A stretch of 64,000 nt of DNA from Octopus sinensis (GCF_006345805.1 NC_043002.1:89590001-89654000); one strand, 5' to 3'; shown: positions 24,237-36,596, counted from the first letter of the stretch. Notes: a model not told the origin generated them from the letters alone. Program-made: numbers and translations.

Positions 24237-25418
24237 ACCCTGAAAAAAAAAAACACAAATAGTAAAATAGAAAAAGAAATTGAAAATTAGAAAATAAAAT
24301 TAGAAATGAAATATGAAAAATAAGAAGCAAAATAACAACAAGGAGCAGCAAAACTGGAATAAGGAAGAAAGGAAAAAAAGAAATAGGAATTTTAGTTTTG
24401 GAATTATTTTTTAAAAAACCAAAATGGAAATTATAACTGATGGAATATTCAGGATATCTTTTTGGATGGGTAGATTTTTTATGTGAGGAAATCCTTAGTT
24501 TTGAAGTGTTTTCAGTAGAAGTGAACATTCATGTGTTATTAGAATGTGAAATGATGAGAGGAACTGTATGGCCTGTGACATTTCTTGTTAGGGAAAAAGA
24601 AAGAATTTGATAAAGTAACAAAAATGGGAGTGTTAGCTTTACAACTTTTTTTCCCTTCCCTGCTTCATTTTAACTTTATATACTTAGAATTCCAAGAGGG
24701 TAAAAAATTATTATGAAGCATTACCACAAATGTGGCAAACACGGAATAGTTATTACTGTGTTAATTGTAAAACTAATGTCTCAGAGAATGAAATACTTGA
24801 ACAGCATTTACTGAAGAAATTGGTAAAAAGAAAAGGTGTTAAATAAGTAATTTGACAGGAAACCAAAAAAAAAAAAAAAAAAAAAAAAAAAAACACTGAT
24901 CGTAAAATAAAATATATATATAAGAAAAGCTCGTAATTTATGAGCAACTTATGGAATAGAAAAAGGAAAGAAAAAGAATGAGATGGTTTGTTTTATTTAT
25001 CAAGTTAGAATAGACATTTTCCCTCCTATTCCTAACAGTTCTGAAAATAATGTAAACTTTGTTCTGGTGGGTAAACAAACAAATTCAATATTTTCAGTGA
25101 AATACTTTTTATTATTTTTATTATTAATATTATTGAGGTTAATGTTATAGCAAGAGATGAATAAATAGATAAATAAATAGATAGCTTTTGAGTTTTGTGC
25201 TGCTGTATCAGAAGAAATAAAGCAATGTCATTGATATTTCACATTGGATTATTACTGCACCCCCCCAAAAAGAAAAAACGAACAAACAAAAATACAAACA
25301 ACAAAAAACAAAACAGAATCTTTGAAGAGAATGAGAAATCCAATCAACCCAATGATACAGTGAATAATAACAACTTGCTGATAGAGGTAGATGTTTCTTA
25401 AATAAAATATAAACATTA

Positions 25419-25841
25419 GGCGCAGGAGTGGCTGTGTGGTAAGTAGCTTGTTTACCGACCACATGGTTCCGGGTTCCGGGTTCAGTCCCACTGCGTGACA
25501 CCTTGGGCAAGTGTCTTCTACTATAGCCTCGGGCCGACCAAAGCCTTGTGAGTGGATTTGGTAGACGGAAACTGAAAGAAGCCTGTCGTATATATATATA
25601 TATATGTATGTATGTGTATGTGTTTGTGTGTCTGTGTTTGTCCCCCTAGCATTGCTTGACAACCGATGCTGGTGTGTTTATGTCCCCGTTACTTAGCAGT
25701 TCGGCAAAAGAGACCGATAGAATAAGTACTGGGCTTACAAAAGAATAAGTCCCGGGATCGAGTTGCTCGATTAAAGGCGGTGCTCCAGCATGGCCGCAGT
25801 CAAATGATTGAAACAAGTAAAAGAGTAAAGAGTAAAGAGTA
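25419..25841 (+). mobile_element. SINE family A, full-length reference copy
   Basis: Box A TGGCTGTGTGG, box B GGGTTCAGTCCC, internal (TA)/(TG)n; tail GGCGGTGCTCCAGCATGGCCGCAGTCAAATGATTGAAACAAGTAAAAG(AGTAAAG)n. Confidence 0.92.
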
Positions 25842-25981
25842 TTACACATGCTCTGATGGATTCAGAATGGGAAAGCTTTCTCTTCCATGACTACGGTAAG
25901 AATAATTTTAGTTTGGAATGGCAAGTTTGGTGTCAGAAACAGTGATATTCATTTACAACGCCGTCGTCACCGTCATTGTCA

Positions 25982-26378
25982 TCATCATCGTCATCATCAT
26001 CGTTTAATGTCTGCTTTCCATGCTGGCATGGGTTGGACGGTTTGACTGAGGACTGGCAAGCCAGGTGGCTGCAATGAGACTCCAGTCTGTTCTGGCAAGG
26101 TTTCTACAGCTGGATGCCCTTCCTAATGCCAACCACTCTGAGAGCTTAGTGGGTGCTTTTCAAGTGTGACTGGCACAGGGTCCAGTTGGCACGTAAAAAG
26201 TACCATTCGAGCGTGATCGATGCCAGTGCCTTCTGACTGGCCCCCATTCCAGTCACACTTGAAAAGCACCCACTACATTCTTGGAGTGGTTGGCATTAGG
26301 AAGTGCATCCAGTTATAGAAACCTTCAACCCATGCCAGTATGGAAAGCAGACGTTAAACGATGATGATGATGATGATG
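25982..26378. repeat. Fold-back pair of RTE tail repeats
   Basis: Perfect 26-bp inverted repeat at 26148-26173 and 26249-26274, extending imperfectly out to (CAT)n and (GAT)n ends. Confidence 0.9.
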
Positions 26379-27059
26379 TATAATGATATATATAATTACG
26401 ATAGATTGTTACCCATTCAATGTTTAGGTAAACTTCGTCACCCACTCTCTCTTTCTCTCCACACATAGCGGCGCCAAAAATTGCAAAGGGGAAATCTATC
26501 CAGGATTATTATATATTTTATATCTAGTGATTTTAAGAGGTAGGAAAAAGATGCTTTTGTTTTAATATTATATACTTTTACTTCGTTTCACACATGCAAA
26601 ATCTCTAATGTTTTTTTAAATTTATGAATTTATCATTTGTTATGTCTCCACACACTTCGTTATGACTAACTTCTATAACTTATTCATTTCAAACTTCTTT
26701 GAATTTTCTCTCGAAAATCTATTTCGGCAAAATGTTATCTAAAATATTTCCGAGGCTTCGACCTCACCCCACCCCGTTTTCCGGACCCCCAAAAGGGTTT
26801 TGTAGCATATTAGGAGATCGCCGGAATTCATTCAACAAAAAAAAAAGAAATTTCCAATGACTGTGGGAGAGGGGGGAAGGTGTCCGGTACCCCCCCCCCT
26901 TCTCCGAATAAAAACAAGGAATTTGCAGCATATTAGGATGTCAGGGTACTTGATTCCACGCAAAAAATCTGAGTTTCCTTTTTCTTAGTGAAAATCGTGC
27001 GGGTGAAAGAATCAAATAATACCCAGATCTTATGGTTGCACAACCAAATATGGTGTCCA

Positions 27060-27600
27060 TACAAGTCATTAATTGTATATCTTAATGCTAGCCCAACTAT
27101 TGATTCGTGTCAGCTCTCTCTTTTCTACTACAACACTGACCTTCAGCATCTCTGAACAATCGACTTCCTCCCTTCTCTCCTTCAAATTGGGTGTCAGATG
27201 CTGAGGTGTTCACATTTCTTACGCTTTCTGATATCCAAAGTCTTCTACAATGCTCTGTAATGCATTGTGATTGCAGTCCAGTTGTGCAACAAGCTTTTAG
27301 ATTGTGACTCCTCTAAGTCAATCAATTCGTCATTCGCTGGTGATTCGTGCCGGTGGTCGCATTTGATGGCCTTTTTACAGCGTGGTTTGTGTTCAAAGAT
27401 GTTCTTCCCTTTACTGAATTTTTTCAAATTCGTACATTTCTCTTGTCAATGGCGTCCTCTTTGTAATCAACGTACAACCTTCTGTGAATGTTAGACAGCG
27501 TACACTTCTTCGCCGTCCAGAGCTCAATGACGGGACATTGCCTGAAGCTCATTATTTGTCTGCAGTGAAGAAGAACAGGACGAAGAGTTTCTATAGAGAA
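27060..27600 (-). pseudogene. Mariner transposase N-terminal relic
   Basis: From ATG 27552: MSFRQCPVIELWTAKKCTLSNIHRRLYVDYKEDAIDKRNVR..KKFSKG..HKPR..QHLTPNLKERR, with stops and frameshifts. Confidence 0.75.
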
Positions 27601-27699
27601 AGAATTACGTTACCAACATGTATAATTTGAACGATCTATGTCAGTTAATAAAAATGTTATACCCACTTCGGTACGATTCTCATAGACATATGTTAACAC

Positions 27700-28083
27700 T
27701 AGCACGCCAGGCGAAATGCTTAGCTGTATTTCGTCTGCCGCTACGTTCTGAGTTCAAATTCCGCCGAGGCTAACTTTGCCTTTCATCCTTTCGGGGTCGA
27801 TTAATTAAATACCAGTTACGCACTGGGGTCGATATAATCGACTTAATCCGTTTGTTCTCTCTGTGTTTAGTCCCTTGTGGGTAGTAAAGAAATAGGTATT
27901 TCTTTTGCCGTTACGTTCTGAGTTCAAATTCCGCCGAGGTCGACTTTGCCTTTCATCCTTTCGGGGTCGATAAATAAAGTACCAGATATGCATTGGGGTC
28001 GATGTAATCGACTCAATACTTTTGTCTGTCCTTGTTTGTCCCCTCTATGTTTAGACTCTTGTGGGAAATAAAGAAATGTATAT
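27700..28083 (+). mobile_element. Head-to-tail SINE C dimer with 12-bp TSD
   Basis: Two bodies joined at AAAGAAATAG|GTATTTC (~27896); ATATGTTAACAC at 27688-27699 and 28084-28095. Confidence 0.85.
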
Positions 28084-28648
28084 ATATGTTAACACACAGA
28101 CAAAGACACACACACACATACACTGAACTAGTGCTTAAACACTCTAAAAATATATTCACTTCAATTAAGAGCTCAATTGATTAATATGTTAAACTCCAAT
28201 ATATTATTGCTTCAATGCAATATCCATAACAGTTATGAGTTGGCGTTGAGTTAAAATTAGCTAAAACGAACGTGCAGGGCAAGTTGTTCAGAAGAACTGA
28301 AAACAAAGATTTGAATGATATTTTAAAATATCTGCTATTCTCACGGAACAAATGCAAGTATCATCCGTCATATAATCTTACTATGATTAATTCGAAATTA
28401 ATTAATTTGAATGAGGAGAATAAACTATTTCATCGGGAACGGAAATTGAAATATGAAAATAAAAATATCGTTGCTATTTTAAATACTACACAGATAGAAA
28501 AAGATATATATATATATATCCTTGTAAACACACACACATACACACACACACTGAATCAATTCGAATAAGCAAACAATTCAAATAAAAAAACCAACATGAG
28601 GACGTGCATAAGAAATGTATTAGCTGGACGCTCGGTGAAAGGAGAGAG

Positions 28649-28681
28649 TTTGACGTTTCGAGTATAACCCTTCGTCGGAAA
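28649..28681 (-). ncRNA. Minimal type I hammerhead ribozyme motif (one core mismatch)
   Basis: rc reads TTT-CCGACGA-A-GGGT(TAT)ACTC-GAAAC-GTC-AAA: stem I TTT/AAA, stem II, palindromic ACGT stem III and GUC cleavage triplet; core U4 is C. Confidence 0.7.
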
Positions 28682-28859
28682 GGGGAATAGAAAAAAATCC
28701 AAAGATAGAGAAGAAATCACCAATGGCACACGCATAATTACAGATATATATCGGCCAACTCGCCTAGATAGAGGGGTAGCATTATTTGAAAGCTAATACT
28801 ATGCAAAAAGCGCATTGTGACCAGCGATGTCTAAAACATCCGATAGTCAGCTTGATCAT

Positions 28860-28901
<42 letters not shown>

Positions 28902-28902
<1 letters not shown>

Positions 28903-29298
28903 TAGCAGTATATATACTGCATATATATGCTCGGGTTTGTAAGGGAAATAACTATATAAGCATTTTTAGAGATGTAAAGTATAATAGCCATCTCAATATG
29001 TCTAACCACAAAGGGGGTGTTACTGTAGCTTTTTACATTCTGAGATTTAATAATACATTTTTAGAGAATACTTCCCTTATATAATAGCAAAAAAATGCAT
29101 TAAAAATGGGGGAAAATGATGGTAATTTTTTTTTTATCGTAGACTCATCGTAGACGCGCGCTAATACCCAGAAGGGCTCAATATGAATCACGACTATAAG
29201 ATACCCGCTTTTGGTTACACTGCATCGCAAAATGTGGGAGTAGTAAGGAATCTAAATCATAGGAGACAGACACACAACTTCACTTTTATATATAAAGA
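28902..29298 (-). mobile_element. Non-autonomous Helitron
   Basis: Minus strand A|TC...CTAG|T with no TSD; 3' end homologous to 62170-62215; abuts (TA)n. Confidence 0.8.
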
Positions 29299-29949
29299 TA
29301 TATATTAATGTGCATGTATATATTACCTGAAATTTATAGTATTAAGCATCCATCACGGTTGGTCTTACCAATCGGTTTTGCACAAAAATACAATGGAGTG
29401 CTTAGCAACAATCCAATTATATAATTACGCTGATCAGAGGTAGCCGATATGGAAGGAAATATGGCGACTGCTCTCTATTGTCGGAAGTGGATTAGCACAG
29501 CCGGTCAGCGGCTGCTGCGAAAAAAGTGGTGAAACGAAAAATGGGCCAAGGGATTTGGCTAGGAGTTATGTCTCTTGGTTAGGTATGTTGTGAAGCCAGC
29601 AAGAGTTACCTTGAAGTGGGGAAAGTGTCTATTAATTATGTGATGTCACTGCGGGGATGGGGTGTGTGGTATGTGTAGTGGTGTCATGTGTATAATTTTT
29701 TCTGGGGATGCTGGTATATATAGCGCTGTGTTCATTTGTCTATTTTCTTTCTGTAAAGGATAAAGTTGTGGGTCTTTATATTAGCGTGCGGTGTGTAATA
29801 TATGTGTGTGTGAGAGGTCTATGTATATATGGGGGTACGATTTGCATGAGTGTGTATGTCCTGTGGGTGGTGGGGGATAGTTATGTGCAGGATGTCCACT
29901 TTATTGGGGTGTGCGTATGTGTACATGGGTACATTGGTGTATGTCATGG

Positions 29950-30510
29950 TCAAACTCGTTTTGCCGGGCACGTCTGGGCTTTGAAAGAAAGCGCCACGAA
30001 GTACTTTAGAAAGTGGAAGATCATAGAAAGATGCAAGCCGTACTTCAATAGTAGCAGAAAGTGCAGATTATGCCTGGCTGAGAAGAGAGCGATTTATTTT
30101 AAAAGGTACATAACGCCCGGATTTTTACCTCGATAGCAGGAGTGAGGTGTTTCATCCTTGTCCGCATGAAAGAAAGTACATTCTATTGTATCTGCGTGAC
30201 CCACCATGACTGCAACTACATGTCTCTTACCTCGACCTTCCACCAAGAAAGGAAATGCATAACGTCACTGGTCAGCCACATCTGGCAACTAAGAGACGAT
30301 GGGCTTCCATACTCAATATCATGGAAAAATCCTCGAGAACGGGATGAAGCGTTGCAAGTTATGCATAGCTGAACGTGCGAGAATCCTAAAAGACTCAGTC
30401 GAACTAGGGAACATCCTTAACTCCAGAACAGAGATTTTTGGGCCATGTTTACATTTCAAGAGGTTCCTACTAGCGAAGGGAGATAAATCCCCAATTGCTA
30501 CCTTTGAGTA
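29950..30510 (+). pseudogene. Two tandem Penelope-like GIY-YIG endonuclease C-terminal fragments
   Basis: HVWALKESATKYFRKWKIIERCKPYFNSSRKCRLCLAEK, and TSLVSHIWQLRDDGLPYSISWK..KRCKLCIAERARIL..LNSRTEIFGPCLH. Confidence 0.8.
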
Positions 30511-30648
30511 GTGAAGCATTCCCCCTTCCATATTTTTAAGAGGTCATAGGTCAACAGGTTTTTGGGATCTGACGATACGCCATTCACATATATTTTGAAC
30601 ATATAAATTATCATATATACCTATCCAAATTTCTCTGTAGTGCATAGA

Positions 30649-30782
30649 GGGGCCGTTAGCATCACTTTCATATTATCATTTTCAAAATTTCATCTTACAT
30701 ACTTTTATTTTTATAATGTTCTATGTCCCCAATGTCTTGTAGTGTCCCCTCTATGTCGCCCCTAGTGGGTAATAAAGAAATA
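30649..30782 (+). mobile_element. 134-bp retro-insertion with 17-bp TSD, ending in the SINE C-type tail
   Basis: TCTCTGTAGTGCATAGA at 30632-30648 and 30783-30799; ends GTCCCCTCTATGT..GTGGGTAATAAAGAAATA. Confidence 0.75.
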
Positions 30783-32394
30783 TCTCTGTAGTGCATAGAT
30801 GTTTTTTTCTCTTATCAACTGGGTTTCATGCTGTTATTTTTTACGACTACTTCCTAAGACCATATTGACTGGGTAGTCACAAACGAAAGAGTCAAGTACA
30901 AATGCCAGAAAGCAAGACGTCTATGCGAGGATATGCTTGTGAGGTTGGTTAGTCATCTATCAGGAATAACGTTATTTCCCGGAAAAAATGTGTTTAACTA
31001 ATAAATGCATATCGAAAACAACACCATCTCTTAAATATATATATGTGTATCTGTGTGTGTGTATGTATATATGTGTATATATACCCACACATACACACGC
31101 ATGTACAGGTGTATTAACACTATACCTAGATTGAACATGTAACATACACAACTGCATACATTAGTAAATATATATATTGAAACACACACACAGGCGCTCA
31201 ATCACACACAAAGGGCAGCGTTTTACAGTCTAGCTTAATAATGTGTCTTTTATTCTGTTAATGCACATCCTCACTTTTTGCCATATTTTATAACCGGATG
31301 CATTTCCGGATACCAGCCTTACACTAATGCTATACAGTGAGATGAGAAAGATGCTTCTATTAGTTTGCATCGCTAACCACTTTATTGTTATTATATTTTA
31401 GTTTTACAACAAGCAGGGTGGCCAAATCTATCATGTATCGTAATGTCGGTGAAAGACTGCTTTATACCTACCAACCAACACCAGACCACTTATTAAAACA
31501 ACTTATTAACCTAAAAGAAGATAGATCGCCACCCAGTCACTAAAATGGGGAGTGATTTGTATTTTGAGTTTATCACTTAAGTCTGGTTAATTAATTCATT
31601 AATCCAATGATATAACCGGAAGTTTTGATGTATTAGGCATGATTTAGAGTGGTAACTATTTTAGTACATTCACAATTCTAATTACAGTGGAAAAGACATG
31701 AATACCACAAGTCTTATTTTCTCCTAAAAATTTGAGGTCTTATACTCTGTCAAATACATACTCCTGTACTAGTCTTATACCAAATATCTATGTCCTGTAC
31801 TTTGTTATCTGCTCTCTTGTATACCATTTCAAGTACTTGATCCCTGATTCTAGCACCTTTATCCATTCACGTATCCTATCCTGTATCTAGCTACGTACCT
31901 TGTTTCTGTTCCTAGTGCCCCTATGTATTCATGTATTTTTTCACGTGTCCAGTCAAAAGCATCAACTATCAAGATAAATCTAAAATTGGCACAACGTCAT
32001 TCATTTTAGAGGAAGAGTAACAGTGGAACATATTGACTGCCAACGGCTCCACTTATTTTGTCGATGCTTGCGGAATTTGGTCTCAGATGTAAAGGATGGT
32101 ACGCCAGATATTTAATCCAACGCTCTAATAATTCTACCACGACACGACGATCTGGTCTGTTATTATAAACAAATTAGAATTCCTATTTCCTTATATAAAC
32201 ACGAAAAAATATTTGGGCCAACATGATCAAAATATGAACGAATGAGGTTCGACCTCACTGCGTAGAACCTAGAGCAAGTGTCTTCTACAGTAACCTTCAT
32301 TTGGCCAATGCCTTGTGAATGGAATTTGGTAGATGAAAACTGTGCAGAAGCCTATCTTATGTATGTACTTGTATACATACATATATACCTCCAC

Positions 32395-32523
32395 CATATA
32401 TATATATATCTATCTATATATATCTAATATATTATATATATATATATAATATATATATATATATATTATATATATATATATATTATATCTATATAAATAT
32501 ATCTAATCTATATATTATATCTA

Positions 32524-32555
<32 letters not shown>

Positions 32556-32732
32556 TAATCTATATATATATATATATATATATCTATAATAATATATATA
32601 TATATATATAATATATATAATATATATATATATATTATATATATATATATCTATATATATAATATATATAATATATCTATAATAATAATATATAATATAT
32701 ATCTATATCTATATATACTATATATATATATA

Positions 32733-32766
<34 letters not shown>

Positions 32767-32822
32767 TCATATATATTTATCTATATAGATATATATCTTA
32801 TTATATAATATATCTTCTATAT

Positions 32823-32868
<46 letters not shown>

Positions 32869-33060
32869 ATATATATCTATACATATATATATAATTCTAT
32901 ATATATATTCTCTATATATATATTATATATATATCATATATTATATATATACTATATCAATATATATATATATATATATATATATATCTATATATATATA
33001 TATATATCTCTATATATATATCTATATAATATAATATATATCTATATTATATATATATAT
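32395..33060. repeat. Imperfect (TA)n tract, ~660 bp
   Basis: Direct inspection; follows a SINE A head at 32225-32370. Confidence 0.95.
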
Positions 33061-36000
33061 ACTTTGATACTTTGATACTTTGATAGGTTTCGGCCATTAT
33101 TGGCCCAGGCCATGTCTAACTTAATAGCACCACCTGGTGAAGTCTTTCAAGTCAGAATTTGGGCACTATGGCCCACTCAAGTAGAGAGTTATTGTTTACG
33201 GAGACATATCCGGGTGTAGGGGGTTTATCCGGGATTTCTTGAAGGAATCTGTCCAAAGACTTCTTGAACCCTATAGGGTCAGTTTCTGTTTTAATGTGTT
33301 TTGGTGTAATGTTAAAGAGAGCGGGGCCAATTGAGGTGAAATAATTGTGCCGTATTGTTGTTATGAGATGAGAGTGCGATTTTTGTTTTGGGCGGATGGC
33401 ACGGGGCCCAAGCCTTGGATGTACCTTAAAGGTGATGCCAACATCATTTGGGCAATGCTGATGGAATATTTTCCACATCATGCAGATGATGTAGCGCTCA
33501 CGACGACGTTGGAGAGAATAGAGTTTTAGCTTTTCTAGTCGACCCCAATAGTCGAGGCCTGTCATGCCATCTATCTTTTTTGTGATTGCCCTTTGAGGTG
33601 CTTCAACTTTTATGATACCTTGTATTGTGTGGGGAGACCACAGTGGACAACAGTATTCAAGGTGGGGTCGGGCAAAAGTGGAGAAGAGAAGGATAATGGT
33701 GTGGATATCTCTCGACTGGAAAGTTCTGAGAATCCAGGAACACATTCTGCGGGCCATGTCAACTTTGGTGTTTATAGTGGTGCCCAGCTTACGTTGTTGT
33801 CCACAATTACTCCCAAGTCTCTGATGTTGTTGGACGCCGCGAGAGTTTCACCTGAAGGAAGGGAGTATGGGAGTTTCAGGGCATCCTCTTTTCCAAAGTG
33901 GATTAGCTCAAATTTATCCTCGTTCAGCAGCATATTGTTTTTTTCTGCCCATTGGATAACAGCCAGTAGATCTGACTGAAGGCATGTCCGGTCACTCGCC
34001 TCATTTATGACCTTCTGTAGCTTGGAGTCATCTGCAAAGATTTTTATGTTGCTGTGCTTGATGATGTCATTAATGTCATTAATGTAAATGATGAAAAGAA
34101 GTGGGCCCAGCACAGTGCCTTGCGGAACGCCACTACTGACTTTGGCTGGGCTTGATTTTACCCCTTCAACTACAACATGTTGAGATCTGTCTGTCAGGAA
34201 ACACTTAATCCATTTCAGTAACTTTCCAGAGACACCAATGTTGGATAGTTTTTTCAATAGGATCTTGTGATCGACCCTGTCGAAGGCCTTACTGAAATCA
34301 AGGTAGATGACATCGGTGTTGGAGCCCTCTCCCAAAGCTCTCAAAATGTCCTCAAAGTGATGCAGGAGCTGCGTTAGGCAGTCCCTTCCATTACGGAACC
34401 CATGTTGGTTGGAGATCAGCCGTCTGTTGCTTTCCAGAAATTGGGTTATTCGAGATCTCACCACCCTCTCAAATACCTTGATGATATGAGAGGTGAGTGA
34501 GATCGGACGGTAATTCACTGCAAGGGACTTGTTTCCCTTTTTGAAAACTGGGACAACAGACTGGGACAGAAGGTTTTTTGGAATATAGCCAGCATCCAGT
34601 GAGTTTCTCCACAGATTAGCAAGGGGAGATGCAAGTTGGTGTCGACACACCTTCAGGACACAAGCAGGGAACCTATCGGGGCCTACTGCTGAATTGTGTT
34701 TTATTTCGTTTATCGCCGCTAAGACATCAGGGGCACTAAACGTTATGTCCGATATAGTGTGTTGGGGGTTGACATCACTGATACAGCCCAGATCGGCCAT
34801 ATCAGGATTGCTGAAAACAGAGCAGTATTGTTTCTGCAGTATCTCGGCCATGGATTTGGCATTATCTTGGAGAGTGCCAGTTTCGTCAATTAGAGGGCCT
34901 ACAGTGGAGACAGTGACCCTGCGTTTCCTCGCAAATGAAAAGAACACTTTGGGGTTGAGTTTGATTTTTTCAATGGCCCACTTCTCCTCAGCTGATCTTT
35001 GGTTATTGATGAGGGTCTTCATGCATTGTTGGAGGTTATATTTTTTGGATTCAAGCAGTGTGCGATAGCCGTCGAATGTGTGTGTTGCTGTTGGCAGTAC
35101 TTTAGTTTGTTAATTTTTTTGTTTGTTCTTTTTATTTTTCTGATAATGGTTTTTCTGTTTTGGGGGATTCTGCACTTTTTGTTCACAGGTCTTGGTGGGG
35201 AGTGTTTTGCACATATGTCTGTGACGGTGTCTACAAAGATCTGCCAAGATGTTTTATGGTTGGTGGAGATGTGTGTATGTGTAAAGGACCAGTCAACATT
35301 TGATAGCTCGTTCCTGATTGCATCCCAGTTGGCTTTATGGAGATCCATGTTGTCAAATGGGTGGGCTGGAGGAAGGTCACTAGGATTAGCTTTCAGCTGG
35401 TGGAATTTCATGTTACAGAGAACCATGTCATGGTCTGAAAGAAGGGTTTTTTCCACTGTAACGTTATGTATAGTGTTAGTGTGGTTACTAAACACTAGGT
35501 CCAAAATGTTCTGATGTCTTGTTGGTGCAAGGACAAGTTGGGACAAGAAAAACTCATTCGTAAAGTCGAAAAGTGACTCTGCTGCTTCTTTGTCAGCGGT
35601 TGAGGCGGGAGTGCTTGGTTTCAAACAGTTTGTAGTCCAGTCAGCACAGGGTAGATTGAAGTCTCCCATCATGAGTATGTTGCTAGAATGGCACTGTTGA
35701 ATAAAGCACTTAATGCTGTTGAGGCATTCTTTAAAGCACAGTATGGGTGTTTGGGGCGGCCTATAGAGCCCAATTACTGTCAGGTCATTGGCTTTGTTGT
35801 GCACGGTGACTGATTCACAGTAGCCGTTGGAGAATATACTATTTCCATCTGCCGTAAATGAATCATGCAGGAAAATGGCAGTTCCACCCTTCCTCCTGCC
35901 GATACGATCCGCGCGGATGGTTGTGAAATTCTTCACTCTCACTTCGGCTTCCAAGTGGGAGTTGTCAAGATGGGTCTCAGTGAGAATGAAGAAAGGGATG

Positions 36001-36596
36001 TGGTGTGAATGGTTACCAACCCAGTCTTCAATGAATTGGACCTTCCATTTTTGTGCATTGATGGAAGGGCTGACACCTTGTGCATTGAGTAGGAATGTGG
36101 AGGTTAGTGTAGTGGCTGGTTTTGACTGTTGCAGGGGGCTTGGATTTTTTGTGTGTGTTAGTGGCAGCAATGTGGGGAATTGGTGCACTGGGGTAATAGC
36201 ATAGGATGGTGTTGAGTGATGGCTAGAATTTTTGTGTATCTCTTTTGCCATGTTCAACATGGCTAAAAAAGAATTTTCCTGCTTAGGGAGCAGTTTTTGG
36301 CTGGAGGTGTGGTTGCACTGTTGGATAGGGTTGTAGTTTCCACTTTTGTTGTTGTTGTTTTTTGTGTCTTCCTGAAAAGACTGGACCAGCATTACTGCAG
36401 CATGGTGTGTTTCTATTTTTATTGTTATTCAGGTTGTGTGTTGGCTTGAGGCCCGTTTCTGTTTGTGCGTCGGGTCCCTGGAAGATGAGTGAAGGGACAG
36501 TCACTCAGTAGACATGTTCTCTCACGTTGGGAATACCGGCAGATTTTGGGACTCCGAGTTGTGTGTGTTTTGAATTTCGATTTACTATTTGGTGGT
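33061..36596 (-). mobile_element. LINE-A: near-complete CR1-group non-LTR retrotransposon
   Basis: APE and RT coding sequence split by two frameshifts; 3' tail (TATCAAAG)3 at 33061-33085; flanked by (TA)n on both sides. Confidence 0.95.
33152..36392 (-). pseudogene. LINE-A APE endonuclease-RT (ORFs 35019..36392, 33772..35022, 33152..33757)
   Basis: APE motifs LLNAQG, LTETHL, GLYRPP, GDFNLP, LDLVF, SDHD; RT motifs YRPISL, LDFSKAFD, GVPQGTVLGP, FADD; C-terminal LYSLQRRRERY. Confidence 0.95.
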
